A stretch of DNA of 64,000 nt from an uncultured Candidatus Saccharibacteria bacterium (lineage in GTDB: Bacteria; Patescibacteriota; Minisyncoccia; UBA6257), in contig CAZUBI010000001.1 in NCBI GenBank assembly GCA_964618625.1, positions 254,930 to 318,929 of the forward strand, in the 5' to 3' direction. A program made the position numbers and the translations under genes. This document shows positions 1 to 10,234 of the stretch, in pieces; position 1 is the first letter of the stretch; every line of letters begins with the position of its first letter. Below the pieces are notes generated by a model. That model saw only the letters and a program-made list of their open reading frames with translations. It searched no databases and was not told the origin of the DNA.

Positions 1-160
1 TTTTACTGTTGAGAAAAAGCCCCACCGCTTTTCCTACACTATATTTTATTACATTTTAAATGCTTGTCAACCCACATGCGCAAAAATTATTTGCCTTGTG
101 GATAACTTGTTTCTTTAATTATACCAAAAAAAGTTTTGTCAAGCAATAATAAAGGGTAAT

Positions 161-1324
161 TTAATGCACCAAAAATGTTTGGCAAAGGGCTCCGATAACA
201 AGAGCTGTTATAAAAACTACAATTAAAACTTTATTTAAAGGAACTTGATAAGGCGGCTCTATTTCCCTTTGTTGTTTTGCTTTTTTTAAAACTAAAATAA
301 GCATTATCCCCTCAAGACCGCCTAACATTCCTCCAATAAAAGAAATGAGTTTTACTAAATTTTCTAAATGGAGGCAGTAAAGCAGTAATGGGCCAACAAC
401 TACCAAAAAATAACTTATAAAACGAGACCATTTAAAATCATAAATAAAACTATTCTTAATATAAGAAGCAAAAATTAAATAAGAGGTTGAAACCGCTAAA
501 AAACCAAGTATTGATCCTAATAAAACAATATTATTTCCTAAAATACCTTTTAACCCTTGAATAGCTTCTATTGAAGTTAAGGACCCACTCGCTCCTGATA
601 CTGTTAAAATAAAAATCAAATAACAAAAAGCAGGAATAAGCGTGCCGATAATAATAACCTTTTTTAATTTTTCCTTATTTTCTCCTTTTATTTTTAAAAC
701 TTTTGCCGCCTCAGGAATAGCCACCATTCCATTAAGAGCAAAAAAGACAACACCATAAGGAATTAACCAACCCCATTTATTAGTAAAATCAAAAAAATTT
801 AGATTTTCCGTTTTAAAATGAGGTAAAGCAAAAATGGCAATGATGAAAAATAAAAAAAGTAGGGCAAAAGATAAATAAAAATTAATTTTGGATAATCTTT
901 TACTTTTGCTTAAAATCGCCGAGCTTAACAAGAGCCAAAGAAAAACAACTAAAAATCCCTGCGGAAAAGAAAAATTAATCCAAATAGAACTTAAAATTAC
1001 CCGTAAAAATTGGGAGCCTAAAAGCAGATAAATAAGAAGGGAAAATGAAAAAGTAAAAAAAGTTATTAAAAGAATAAATCTTTTGGCTGAAGAATTTAAA
1101 TAATGCCCGACATATCCGGGCAAACGAAAATCTTGTTTTGTTCTTAAAACTATCTCCCCAAAGGCAAGATGAAGATAAGTAATAATAAAGCTAACAATAA
1201 TTAACCAGATTAATGTTGTGGCTAATCCAGAATGAACAGCCACATAAGGAAGCGTAAAAACACCAGCTCCAATAATTGTTCCAATTAAAACAGCAATAGC
1301 TTCAGGCACGACTAATTTTTTCAT
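161..1324 (-). CDS. integral membrane amino-acid permease-like transporter
   Basis: 387 aa, ~11 predicted TM helices; N-terminal IGAGVFTLPY motif as in Trp/Tyr-permease / amino-acid permease families. Confidence 0.5.
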   Translation of the reverse strand: MKKLVVPEAIAVLIGTIIGAGVFTLPYVAVHSGLATTLIWLIIVSFIITYLHLAFGEIVLRTKQDFRLPGYVGHYLNSSAKRFILLITFFTFSFSLLIYLLLGSQFLRVILSSIWINFSFPQGFLVVFLWLLLSSAILSKSKRLSKINFYLSFALLFLFFIIAIFALPHFKTENLNFFDFTNKWGWLIPYGVVFFALNGMVAIPEAAKVLKIKGENKEKLKKVIIIGTLIPAFCYLIFILTVSGASGSLTSIEAIQGLKGILGNNIVLLGSILGFLAVSTSYLIFASYIKNSFIYDFKWSRFISYFLVVVGPLLLYCLHLENLVKLISFIGGMLGGLEGIMLILVLKKAKQQREIEPPYQVPLNKVLIVVFITALVIGALCQTFLVH

Positions 1325-1325
1325 A

Positions 1326-1577
1326 CTAAACTACTAAATAAACCTCATCGCCTTCCCTCACTTTTTCATCAACTTTTACTCCAATTGCATCTCCTTTTTT
1401 CGCTTTTTCCACATTCTCATGCTCAATCTGAATTGAAGAAATATCTTGTTCAAAATCAGTGCCATGCCCTTTAATATGAACTCTATCTCCTACTTTGAGT
1501 GCGCGAGAAAGTTCAACAATGGCAACACTAATTTTTCCAAAATAATGAGTGATTTTTCCGATAAGTTTTTCCTCCAT
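1326..1577 (-). CDS. small beta-barrel protein (EF-Tu domain-2-like), hypothetical
   Basis: 83 aa, Gly/Val-rich beta pattern (GDRVHIKG...GDAIGVKV...GDEVYLVV). Confidence 0.3.
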   Translation of the reverse strand: MEEKLIGKITHYFGKISVAIVELSRALKVGDRVHIKGHGTDFEQDISSIQIEHENVEKAKKGDAIGVKVDEKVREGDEVYLVV

Positions 1578-1605
1578 AATAATTAAATAATTAATTTTTC
1601 GACCT

Positions 1606-4557
1606 TTATCCTTTTATGACTGCCAAAGGTTTTAATTGGACTATTTTTTTAGCTAACCCGGCTTGATGAACTACTTCTACTACTTCATCAACATCTTTAT
1701 AGGCCAAAGGGGCTTCTTCAGCCAAATCAGAAAGAGATCCTGACTTAACTATTATACCTTTTTTAGCAAGTTGTTGTAAAACTTCTCTACTGCTTGTTTC
1801 TCTTTTTGCTTCATGACGGGACATTGTCCTTCCAGCACCATGACAAACAGTATAAAAAGCTTCTTTTGATTTTTCAGTACCCATTAAAATATAGGAGGCT
1901 GTTCCCATTGTGCCGGGAATTAACACTGGCTGATCGGGAAAAGCCCTTGTTGCCCCTTTACGATGAACGATTAATTTTATCATCTCTCCATCTACTTCAT
2001 GCTCCTCTATTTTTGCAATATTATGAGCCACATCATAAACCAAGTCCATTGATTCTTCTTTTAGTCCTAGAACTTTTTTCCAAGCATTTCTGATCAAATA
2101 AGTAATCATTTGGCGATTGGACCAGGCAAAGTTTGCTGCTGCTCCCATTGCCAAAAAATATTCTTTTCCCTCAGGAGTAGAAAAAGGAATTGCCGCTAAT
2201 TCTCTGTCGGGGAGAGAAATATTATATTTATTCATTGATTGCATAAAAAGACGGATATAATCTGTTGCCACTTGATGACCTAAACCGCGAGAACCAGTGT
2301 GAATAAGAACTACTACTTGTCCTTTTCTAAGACCCAATTCCTCAGCTAATTTTTCTTCATATACCTCGGTTACTTCCTGAACTTCCACGAAATGATTTCC
2401 GGATCCGAGAGTCCCTACTTGATCCCGTCCTCTTTTTTTGGCTAAATCAGATACAAAACAAGGATCTGCTTTTAAACATCCCCCTGACTCACAATGTTCG
2501 ATATCCTTTTCTGTAGCGTATTCTTTTTCTTTTAAATACTCGATCCCTTTTCCTAAAATTCTGTCCATTTCAGCAATATTAAATTTAAACTTTCCCCCTT
2601 TCCCAAGACCAGAAGGAACAGCATGAAAGATTTCTTCTATTAATTTTTCCAGATAGGGCCTGATTTCTTTTTCAGTATGTTTTGATTTTAATAATCTAAC
2701 TCCACAGTTAGAAACTACAAAATTGTCAGCAATAAAGTTATGGTCAGGGTGATTTACAGTAAAATCATAAACAAAATTTTGATAAGGAATTTTTTCAATC
2801 TTTTCAATTATACCCCAAACTAATCCTTTATCGCCATAAGCATATTTTTCTTTATATTCGTTAAATGATAGAAAATTAAAAGCTACTCGGGGAATTCCTC
2901 GTTTTCTTATAATTCCGTGACTATTTTCTTTAAAGAGAGAATGATAGAGAAATTGAAAACTAATATATTCTGAGACATATTTCTTAATTATTTGAGGAGC
3001 CAATTTTTTAAAATCCCCTCTCTTTCGGTACAACTTTCTTATCTCTCGTCTTGCCCTATCTCTCATTTCTACTATTTTTAATTTTTTCTTTAAATAATTA
3101 GCAGCCAAACAGGCTTTTTTATGTTTGCTTTGATTATATTCATAATTTATAACGCTAAAAAATTTAATGAGGTTTTTACTCTCACCCTTTATTTGTAACC
3201 TTAATCCTACGGTCTTTCCATATTTTCCTTTATATTGATACCCTGGTACTTCTTTAATAGAATAAGTCTGAACGCCAAATTCCTTTAATAGTTTCCCTAT
3301 ATCTTTTAAAAATAATTTGGCATTATTTTTAAATTTTTCAGCTTTTTGCATATTTAACTGAAGAGCGCAAAAGTTATATTTATTAAGAGTTGATGGTGAA
3401 GAAAGCTCCGCTCCAAAAAACGAAGCTAAGAATAATCTTTTTTGCCAAAGAGGACAATTGAATATCCAATTAGGAATTCTATATTTTTGATGGGTTTTCA
3501 AACTATAAGGTGTTCCTAAGGCCACTAATAAAATAGCAAAGGCAGAAGAGCCTATTTTAATACTGTACTCTGTTCTTGAAAATTTATAATTTCTATAAAA
3601 AGTAGTTATGGAGTGGTTTCTTTGCCTTGAATATATTTTTGGTGGCTTAAATCCAATTTTAAAAATATCTTTTTGAATTTCTTTCAAATCTTCCGGGTTA
3701 CCATAGAATTGAACCACTCCTTTTTTATTATTTACAAAACTGATTACCCCATCGCCAAAAATATAACCCATTAGTTTTAAGATAGAAGGAAGAGAAGAAG
3801 AATTATAAGTTAAAGGTAATAAATGACGAGATCTTATTTGATTTAGAATTTGAGATGAAGCATTTCCTTTGTTAGTTTTATTAAATTTCTTTAAATATTC
3901 TTTAAATCGCTTCTCGGCTAAAATAATTTTAGAAGAAGGATGCTGATAGTGAATTCCTTTAAATGGATAAGTTAAAACAAAATCATCTTTATTTAAAAAT
4001 CTTGTTTCTTTCATTCCGTTTTCTGTTTGTATGGGATGTTCTCCAGTAGCTTTAATTTTCTCTCCAGAATCTGTAATTATCCGATAAATAGTAGGGTTAT
4101 TATATCTTTGAAAAAAATGTATTAATGGAGAATCAATAACTGCTTTTTTTCTCAAATCTATAGTCTTTACTTCTTCACTTCCCCAAGACGACTCCATTTC
4201 TTTAATAGAGAGGTAGGCTCCATTTTTAAGTAAAATTTTACTCTCTGGAGAGAGGCAATTGATATCATATCCCACTGAACCAGGAGAAATTATGCCATCA
4301 GGTAGTTTTGTGGCAAAAACTCCGCCAATTGGTGCGCCATAGCCTTCATGAATATCTGGCATAGCTAAAGAATATTTTACAATTCCAGGAAGAGTAGTTA
4401 GATTAACTAATTGACTCAAACTTTTGTCTTTCATTACCTCATCTAACATTTTTTCAGTAATATAAATCCTCGCTGGAACCAGCATATCCCTCCTAAAAGA
4501 TTTTGGGATTTCCCAAAGATAATTATTTAATTTTATTAAATCAGATTTATTAAACAT
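1606..4557 (-). CDS. rtcB: RNA-splicing ligase RtcB, interrupted by an intein
   Basis: N-extein MFNKSD...GYDIN and C-extein CGVRLLKS...GSGNHFVE...HGAGR together give ~466 aa of RtcB; a 517-aa insert sits between them. Confidence 0.9.
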   Translation of the reverse strand: MFNKSDLIKLNNYLWEIPKSFRRDMLVPARIYITEKMLDEVMKDKSLSQLVNLTTLPGIVKYSLAMPDIHEGYGAPIGGVFATKLPDGIISPGSVGYDINCLSPESKILLKNGAYLSIKEMESSWGSEEVKTIDLRKKAVIDSPLIHFFQRYNNPTIYRIITDSGEKIKATGEHPIQTENGMKETRFLNKDDFVLTYPFKGIHYQHPSSKIILAEKRFKEYLKKFNKTNKGNASSQILNQIRSRHLLPLTYNSSSLPSILKLMGYIFGDGVISFVNNKKGVVQFYGNPEDLKEIQKDIFKIGFKPPKIYSRQRNHSITTFYRNYKFSRTEYSIKIGSSAFAILLVALGTPYSLKTHQKYRIPNWIFNCPLWQKRLFLASFFGAELSSPSTLNKYNFCALQLNMQKAEKFKNNAKLFLKDIGKLLKEFGVQTYSIKEVPGYQYKGKYGKTVGLRLQIKGESKNLIKFFSVINYEYNQSKHKKACLAANYLKKKLKIVEMRDRARREIRKLYRKRGDFKKLAPQIIKKYVSEYISFQFLYHSLFKENSHGIIRKRGIPRVAFNFLSFNEYKEKYAYGDKGLVWGIIEKIEKIPYQNFVYDFTVNHPDHNFIADNFVVSNCGVRLLKSKHTEKEIRPYLEKLIEEIFHAVPSGLGKGGKFKFNIAEMDRILGKGIEYLKEKEYATEKDIEHCESGGCLKADPCFVSDLAKKRGRDQVGTLGSGNHFVEVQEVTEVYEEKLAEELGLRKGQVVVLIHTGSRGLGHQVATDYIRLFMQSMNKYNISLPDRELAAIPFSTPEGKEYFLAMGAAANFAWSNRQMITYLIRNAWKKVLGLKEESMDLVYDVAHNIAKIEEHEVDGEMIKLIVHRKGATRAFPDQPVLIPGTMGTASYILMGTEKSKEAFYTVCHGAGRTMSRHEAKRETSSREVLQQLAKKGIIVKSGSLSDLAEEAPLAYKDVDEVVEVVHQAGLAKKIVQLKPLAVIKG
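2707..4257 (-). mobile_element. intein with LAGLIDADG homing-endonuclease domain inside rtcB
   Basis: Starts with Cys (CLSPESKILLKNG, block A) and has a TGEHP block B. Two LAGLIDADG-like motifs (LMGYIFGDGVISF, LASFFGAELS). C-terminal blocks VYDFTVNHPDHNFIADNFVVSN are followed by Cys+1 (TGT at 2704..2706, read directly from sequence). Confidence 0.8.
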
Positions 4558-4562
4558 AAAAT

Positions 4563-4976
4563 TTAGATGTCAAAAAGAATTATTGCCTTCCAATCACCAT
4601 TTTTGTCTTGATTGATATTTAATTGATGATAAGTTGCGGCTTTTATTTCTTTAGAAAATTCTTTCACATTTCTGCCTTCTATTATTCCTTTTATAGAATT
4701 ATCTGTTAATTTTTCTATTTTTACCTTGTCAAAAATGCAATTATAAATATCTGATTTTGCTAAAACTTCATTTAAAAAATCCACCAAGAGCGCGTTGATA
4801 TCCAAAGAATGAATTTCTATTTGTTCTTTCTTCAAAACACTCTTTTGAAAAACATTTGGCTCAATAATATAAGTCATTCCTTCCAAAGCCCCTCTAAAAA
4901 TATCTTCTTTGCAAGAGGCTGTTATTTCTAATCTAATATCTGCTGGATGAGATAAAACCTTGTATTTATAACTCAT
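4563..4976 (-). CDS. archease (RtcB activator)
   Basis: 137 aa; HPADIRLEITASCKEDIFRGALEGM N-terminal motif; lies immediately downstream of rtcB. Confidence 0.7.
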   Translation of the reverse strand: MSYKYKVLSHPADIRLEITASCKEDIFRGALEGMTYIIEPNVFQKSVLKKEQIEIHSLDINALLVDFLNEVLAKSDIYNCIFDKVKIEKLTDNSIKGIIEGRNVKEFSKEIKAATYHQLNINQDKNGDWKAIILFDI

Positions 4977-5018
4977 TATAATAATATTTTACTAGAAAGT
5001 ATTGAACAAAACAATCTA

Positions 5019-5051
5019 TCAAAAAACGGCTAAGATATTATCTTGACCGTC
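5019..5051 (-). terminator. hairpin + U-run terminator downstream of rpsT
   Basis: acggctaagat/atcttgaccgt stem followed by a T-run on the minus strand. Confidence 0.45.
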
Positions 5052-5075
5052 TATTTATAATTCATTAAATAAGAA

Positions 5076-5336
5076 TTATTTCTTTACCACCTTTTTTGCT
5101 AATCTAGATTTATCTCTCGCTGCTTTATTTTTCTTTATCAAATTCACTTTTGCGGCTTTATCTAAAAGTTTATATGCTTTTGGGAGCATTTTTTTAGCTT
5201 CTTCGATTTTGCCATTCTCAATAAGTTTTAAAAAATCTTTCTTTGTTTTTTTTAAAACAATCTTTTTCTGTAAATTAGCTTTTCTTTTTTTAGAGCTCTC
5301 TTTAAGAGCTCTTTTTGCTGAACTTGTAATAGGCAT
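5076..5336 (-). CDS. rpsT: 30S ribosomal protein S20
   Basis: 86 aa basic protein; SAKRALKESSKKRKANLQKK typical S20. Confidence 0.9.
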   Translation of the reverse strand: MPITSSAKRALKESSKKRKANLQKKIVLKKTKKDFLKLIENGKIEEAKKMLPKAYKLLDKAAKVNLIKKNKAARDKSRLAKKVVKK

Positions 5337-5365
5337 AAAAGAATAAATCTTTATTGTGATTTAAT

Positions 5366-6313
5366 TTAACATCTTTGCTTGGAAAAATCAACCAAAAACA
5401 TCTCTAAAGCAACTTGCCCATCAATATTTCCTCTCTTTATTTTTCTGTCATAATAAAGAAGGCGTTGAAATATGGACTTAAGCGTTTCCAAGGGAATAAT
5501 TTTTGCCAAAGGATGTAATTTTTGAAAAACATAAGGGTGCATTGAAGGCGGTTTTGCTTGTAGACTTTTTATTATCAAAAGATTGCGAAATTGAAAAATA
5601 ATCATTTTTAAAATATATAAAGGATGTATTCCCTGATTCATTAATGTCTCTAAAAACCAAAAGGCTTTTTTCATATTACCTTCAACCAAATTATCCAAAA
5701 AAGAAAAAATATTACTGTTTAAAGGTAAAAATAAATTTTCTTCTATTAACTCTTTGCTGATCAAGCCCTTTTTTATCAAAGCTAATTTTTCTAAAGAGTA
5801 GTAAATTGAACCTGTGTCAGAAGGAAAACTTACTAATATTAACTGGCGACCTTCAGAAGTTAATTTTAAACCCATTTTTTGCTCTTCTTCTATTATCCAA
5901 CTCTCTAATCCTTTTTTCTTTAATAATGAAAATTCTTTTACTCCTTTAGCTTTTTGTTCCAACCATTTCCGTAAGGAACTACTACGAACAGTATTATCCT
6001 CATAAAATATAACCATTATATCTTTAGCTTCGTCTATTTTTCTGTTCTTTAAAACAGCTAACAATTCTTTTCGAAATTCAATATTGGTATTTTTAAACAA
6101 ATTCTTTATTGCCACTAATTTACTGCCAGAAAATAAAGTATTGCTTTTTAATATGTCCTCTAATGCGGAAATATCAAATGAAGCAGAAAGTTTGTCTGAA
6201 AAATCACACGAAAAAAACGGGGTGTTTTTATTTTTATCATAATAAAAATCCCTTACTTCAAAAAAATATTTATGCGAACGAAAATTATCTTCCCCAAAAA
6301 TAAAATACAACAT
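5366..6313 (-). CDS. holA: DNA polymerase III delta subunit
   Basis: 315 aa; N-terminal LYFIFGEDNF and C-terminal YDRKIKRG...ALEMFL pattern; located next to rpsT. Confidence 0.6.
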   Translation of the reverse strand: MLYFIFGEDNFRSHKYFFEVRDFYYDKNKNTPFFSCDFSDKLSASFDISALEDILKSNTLFSGSKLVAIKNLFKNTNIEFRKELLAVLKNRKIDEAKDIMVIFYEDNTVRSSSLRKWLEQKAKGVKEFSLLKKKGLESWIIEEEQKMGLKLTSEGRQLILVSFPSDTGSIYYSLEKLALIKKGLISKELIEENLFLPLNSNIFSFLDNLVEGNMKKAFWFLETLMNQGIHPLYILKMIIFQFRNLLIIKSLQAKPPSMHPYVFQKLHPLAKIIPLETLKSIFQRLLYYDRKIKRGNIDGQVALEMFLVDFSKQRC

Positions 6314-6315
6314 AA

Positions 6316-7632
6316 TTATTGAGATGGTATGTAGTCAGGGTCTATTGGCAAGGAAAAGGTAAAAATAGATCCTCTGCCTATTGCAGATTTGGCCCAAATT
6401 TTTCCTCCATGCCTATCAATCATATTCTTGGCTAAATACAAACCTAATCCGATTCCACCTGTTTGTCCTTTTAATGCCGCTTTGGATCTGAAAAACTTAG
6501 TGAATAATCTTGATAAATCTTCTCTGGAAATCCCAGTGCCTGTATCCTCAACTGAAATAAGTATAAACGGCTTTCCTTCAAAAGGATCTATTCTTATTCT
6601 AACATCCCCATTTTTTACATTATACTTAATCGCATTATCAACCAAGATTTCCAAAACCAATTTAATTCGCAATGGATCCATTACAAATGGCTTGAGTGAA
6701 AATTCTGGCCTGTGAAAAACTAACTTAACATCATCCATCTTTGCCACTGGTTCAAATTTGATTAAAACATTCTCTATAATTTTTTCTATGTCTGCCATAG
6801 AAAATTGAAAACCAAACCGTCCTTCTTCAATCTGCGCAACATTCAAAAGATCTTCCACGGTTTTTAAACTTTCTTTCATAGCCTTTCTTCCATCATCTAT
6901 AAGTTTTTCCTGCTCTAATGTTAAAGAACCCATTTCCTTTTTGGCAAGAATTTCTAATATCCATGATAAGCCAGAGAGAGGAGTTCGCAGTTGGTGAGCC
7001 ACTATCGTGATAAAATCGGATTGGGTTTTTTTTAATACTTCTTCTTTGGTTAAATCATGAATAATTCTCAAAAAACCATAGGTTTCCCCTTTTTCATCCA
7101 TAACTTTTGTCGTTATTATTTCCAAAATAAGTTCTTTTGGCTGATAAAATTTTACTTTTATTTTTCCTGGATAAGTATCTGTAGATTTTTCCAAAACAAC
7201 TGGAGCCAAGCTTGGAAAAATTAATTTAGACAAAAGCCCATAACGGGCGTCATTACTTAATTCAGGTGTAATATTTTTTCCCAGAAGCTCCTTTTTTGAT
7301 ATACCAAGAAATTCCTCCATAGCTTTATTAACTAAAATAATCTCAAAATTCTCAGTATAAGAAATAGCAGGATCATTAATACTGCCTATCATTGCGTTTA
7401 TCTGATTTCTTTCTAAATCCAAACGGCTAGCTGTATCAACCGCACCTAAAAGAATAACTGTTATTATTAAATAAAAAATTACTAGGGCAATATTAATAAG
7501 CCAATTTAAAGGCCAAATAATCCAAAGCACATTGAAAACAATCTGCGCTATAATCAAACCGCCCAAAAACCAGAAGGGCAATAATTGCGGCGAAGAAGAA
7601 TGTTTTTTTAGGTTTTGAAAAAAGTTAAACAT
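6316..7632 (-). CDS. sensor histidine kinase (2 TM, PAS-like, HisKA + HATPase_c)
   Basis: H-box HQLRTPLSGLSWILEIL; N/G boxes DTGTGISREDLSRLF...GGIGLGLYLAKNMI. Confidence 0.85.
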   Translation of the reverse strand: MFNFFQNLKKHSSSPQLLPFWFLGGLIIAQIVFNVLWIIWPLNWLINIALVIFYLIITVILLGAVDTASRLDLERNQINAMIGSINDPAISYTENFEIILVNKAMEEFLGISKKELLGKNITPELSNDARYGLLSKLIFPSLAPVVLEKSTDTYPGKIKVKFYQPKELILEIITTKVMDEKGETYGFLRIIHDLTKEEVLKKTQSDFITIVAHQLRTPLSGLSWILEILAKKEMGSLTLEQEKLIDDGRKAMKESLKTVEDLLNVAQIEEGRFGFQFSMADIEKIIENVLIKFEPVAKMDDVKLVFHRPEFSLKPFVMDPLRIKLVLEILVDNAIKYNVKNGDVRIRIDPFEGKPFILISVEDTGTGISREDLSRLFTKFFRSKAALKGQTGGIGLGLYLAKNMIDRHGGKIWAKSAIGRGSIFTFSLPIDPDYIPSQ

Positions 7633-7642
7633 ATATACAAAA

Positions 7643-10234
7643 TTATTTCATTTCCCCCCATTTATCTCCAATTCTTATATCTGCTTTTAAAGGCACTTTT
7701 AATTTAACCGCGTTTTCCATTATATTTTTAAAAAGTGGAGCTACTTCCTTTATTATCTCAGATTTTGCCTCCAGTATCAATTCATCATGAATCTGAATTA
7801 AAGTTTTTATATCATCTTCTATATGCTTGTTCTTAATAAGTTCTTGAATCTTTATCATTGCTATTTTAATAATATCTGCAGCTAATCCCTGAATAGGCAT
7901 ATTAAGGGCAATCCTTTCTTGTCCACGAGCTATGCGCCCAAAACCGCCTAACAATGGAAGAAACCTTTTTCTGCCGAAAATCGTCTCTGCATAACCCAAT
8001 TTTTTGGCATTTTCTAAAGAAAAATCAAGATAATTTTTAAGGCCTGAAAAATTAGAAAAATATTTTTCCCTAAAGCTCTTGGCTTCATCCAAAGAAATAC
8101 CTGCTTCCTGAGCAAATGTTTTATTGCCCATTCCGTAAATAATCCCAAAATTCAAAATCTTTGCCTTTTGTCTCATAGAAGGAGTAACTTGTTCATCAGA
8201 AATATTATGAATATAAGCAGCTGTGATTTTATGAATATCTTTACCTTGATTAAACGCCTCAATCATTCTAATATCCCCAGAAAGATGGGCTGCCAATCTT
8301 AATTCTATTTGGGAATAGTCTAATGAAACTAAAGAAAAGAATTCTTCAGAAATAAAAGCTTTCCTAATTTGTGTCCCCCAATCGCCTTTTTGGGGAATGT
8401 TTTGTAAATTAGGTTTTTCTGATGATAAGCGCCCTGTAGCTGTTCCTGTTTGTTTCCAAATTGTATGAATCCTGTTTGTTTTTGGATTAATAAACGAGGG
8501 AAGCGTATCAAGAAAAGAATTTTTTAATTTTTTTATTCCACGATATTTAATAATTAAAGGAATAATTCGATGGCTGCTTCTAATCTTTAATAACTCATTG
8601 GCATTAGTAGAAATTTTCTTGGTAGTGGTCTTTTTTAAATCTGATGAGGAAATTTTTAAGTCTTCAAATAAAATCTCGGACAACTGCTTTGGAGAACTGA
8701 TATTAAATTCTTTACCGGATAATTTATAGATTTTTTTTTCTAAAGTATTTATTTCTTTTTCCGCCTGTTTGGTTAATTTTTCCAACCAATTTTTATCTAT
8801 TAAAATACCATGTTTTTCCATTGAAGAAATCACGGAAATCAGAGGTTTTTCTTCTGTCTCCCAAACATTTTCTAATCCCAATGCTGTTATTTTATTTTTA
8901 ATAATTTCCCATAATGGAATCAACTTAGACAGAGAGCCTGCAAAAGAATCATCAATTTCCTGCCCGAGAAAAAATTTCGCAATAGAAGAAAATTCATAAT
9001 TTTTTCTTTCTGAATCTAATAGCCATACTAATATTTTTATATCTTCAAATAAACAACCAGAAAACTCTTCAATTTCCTCTAAAATAATCTTGGCATCATA
9101 ACTTATTAAATTCTTTTGAGACCAGTCTAATTGTTCCTTAAAAAAATCAACAAATTGGTGATTTGGAATATAGAACAAAGTATTATCTATAAAACTAAAT
9201 CCAATCCCATTAATTTCTCTCTGCCCAAATTTTTCACCTTTAAAATCTAAAAGTAATCCGATTGTTTGTTCCTGATTAATTTTTTGTTTCAATTTTTTTA
9301 TGTCTAAAGAGGTATTAATCATATTCAAAGAAATCTTTTCTGCAGGAGAAATATTTTCTTCAATATCAAATATCTTTGAAATTAAACTTCTAAAACCCAA
9401 TTCGCTTAACAAAGAAACTAATTTATCTTTTGGAGGAGGATTAAGTTTGGCTTTCTCTAGATCAAATTTTATTTTTATGTCCTTCTGAATTGTTACCAAA
9501 TGACGGCTAAAATAAGCCTGATCTTCATAATTCTTTAATTTTTCCAAAATCCTCGGGGAAACTTTAATTTTTTCTCCATCTTTTATCTTTTTATAAAGAT
9601 TATCCAATGTCCCAAATTCTTTTATTAATGTAGTTGCTGTTTTCTCGCCTATTGAAGGCACTCCTGGAACATTGTCTGAAGGATCGCCTCTTAACGCCTT
9701 CCAATCTATTAATTGTTCCGGTTTTAACTCAAATCTCTCAAAAACTTTTTCTTTATCATAAGTTACTTGATCTTGAATGCCGCGACGGAGCGTATAAACA
9801 AACACTTTGTCACTAATCAATTGCAGTGTATCCAAATCTCCTGTAACAATAAAAGATTGAACGTTTTTATTCTTCAATTTCTCAGTTATAGTTCCAATAA
9901 TATCATCTGCTTCATAACCTTCTTCCTCCAAAATCGGAATATTAAACGCTTGTAAAAGATTTTTTACTATTTGAATCTGTTCATAAAAATTATCCGGCAT
10001 TTTTACCCTCTGAGCTTTATATTCTTTATATTCTTTATGGCGGAAAGTCGGAGCTGCCATATCAAAAGTCGCCACAATATAATCTGGCTTTAAATCATTA
10101 ATCATCTTCAAAAAGAACAGCATAAATCCATAAACGCCATTAACTAAAACACCCTTTGGTGAAGTTAAGGGCGGAAGAGCGTGATAAGAACGATGTATTA
10201 AAGCATAAGAATCAATAACAACTAACTTTTTCAT
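7643..10234 (-). CDS. polA: DNA polymerase I
   Basis: 863 aa; 5'-3' exonuclease N-terminus; polymerase motifs QIELRLAAHLSGD, NFGIIYGM, QIHDELILE. Confidence 0.92.
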   Translation of the reverse strand: MKKLVVIDSYALIHRSYHALPPLTSPKGVLVNGVYGFMLFFLKMINDLKPDYIVATFDMAAPTFRHKEYKEYKAQRVKMPDNFYEQIQIVKNLLQAFNIPILEEEGYEADDIIGTITEKLKNKNVQSFIVTGDLDTLQLISDKVFVYTLRRGIQDQVTYDKEKVFERFELKPEQLIDWKALRGDPSDNVPGVPSIGEKTATTLIKEFGTLDNLYKKIKDGEKIKVSPRILEKLKNYEDQAYFSRHLVTIQKDIKIKFDLEKAKLNPPPKDKLVSLLSELGFRSLISKIFDIEENISPAEKISLNMINTSLDIKKLKQKINQEQTIGLLLDFKGEKFGQREINGIGFSFIDNTLFYIPNHQFVDFFKEQLDWSQKNLISYDAKIILEEIEEFSGCLFEDIKILVWLLDSERKNYEFSSIAKFFLGQEIDDSFAGSLSKLIPLWEIIKNKITALGLENVWETEEKPLISVISSMEKHGILIDKNWLEKLTKQAEKEINTLEKKIYKLSGKEFNISSPKQLSEILFEDLKISSSDLKKTTTKKISTNANELLKIRSSHRIIPLIIKYRGIKKLKNSFLDTLPSFINPKTNRIHTIWKQTGTATGRLSSEKPNLQNIPQKGDWGTQIRKAFISEEFFSLVSLDYSQIELRLAAHLSGDIRMIEAFNQGKDIHKITAAYIHNISDEQVTPSMRQKAKILNFGIIYGMGNKTFAQEAGISLDEAKSFREKYFSNFSGLKNYLDFSLENAKKLGYAETIFGRKRFLPLLGGFGRIARGQERIALNMPIQGLAADIIKIAMIKIQELIKNKHIEDDIKTLIQIHDELILEAKSEIIKEVAPLFKNIMENAVKLKVPLKADIRIGDKWGEMK

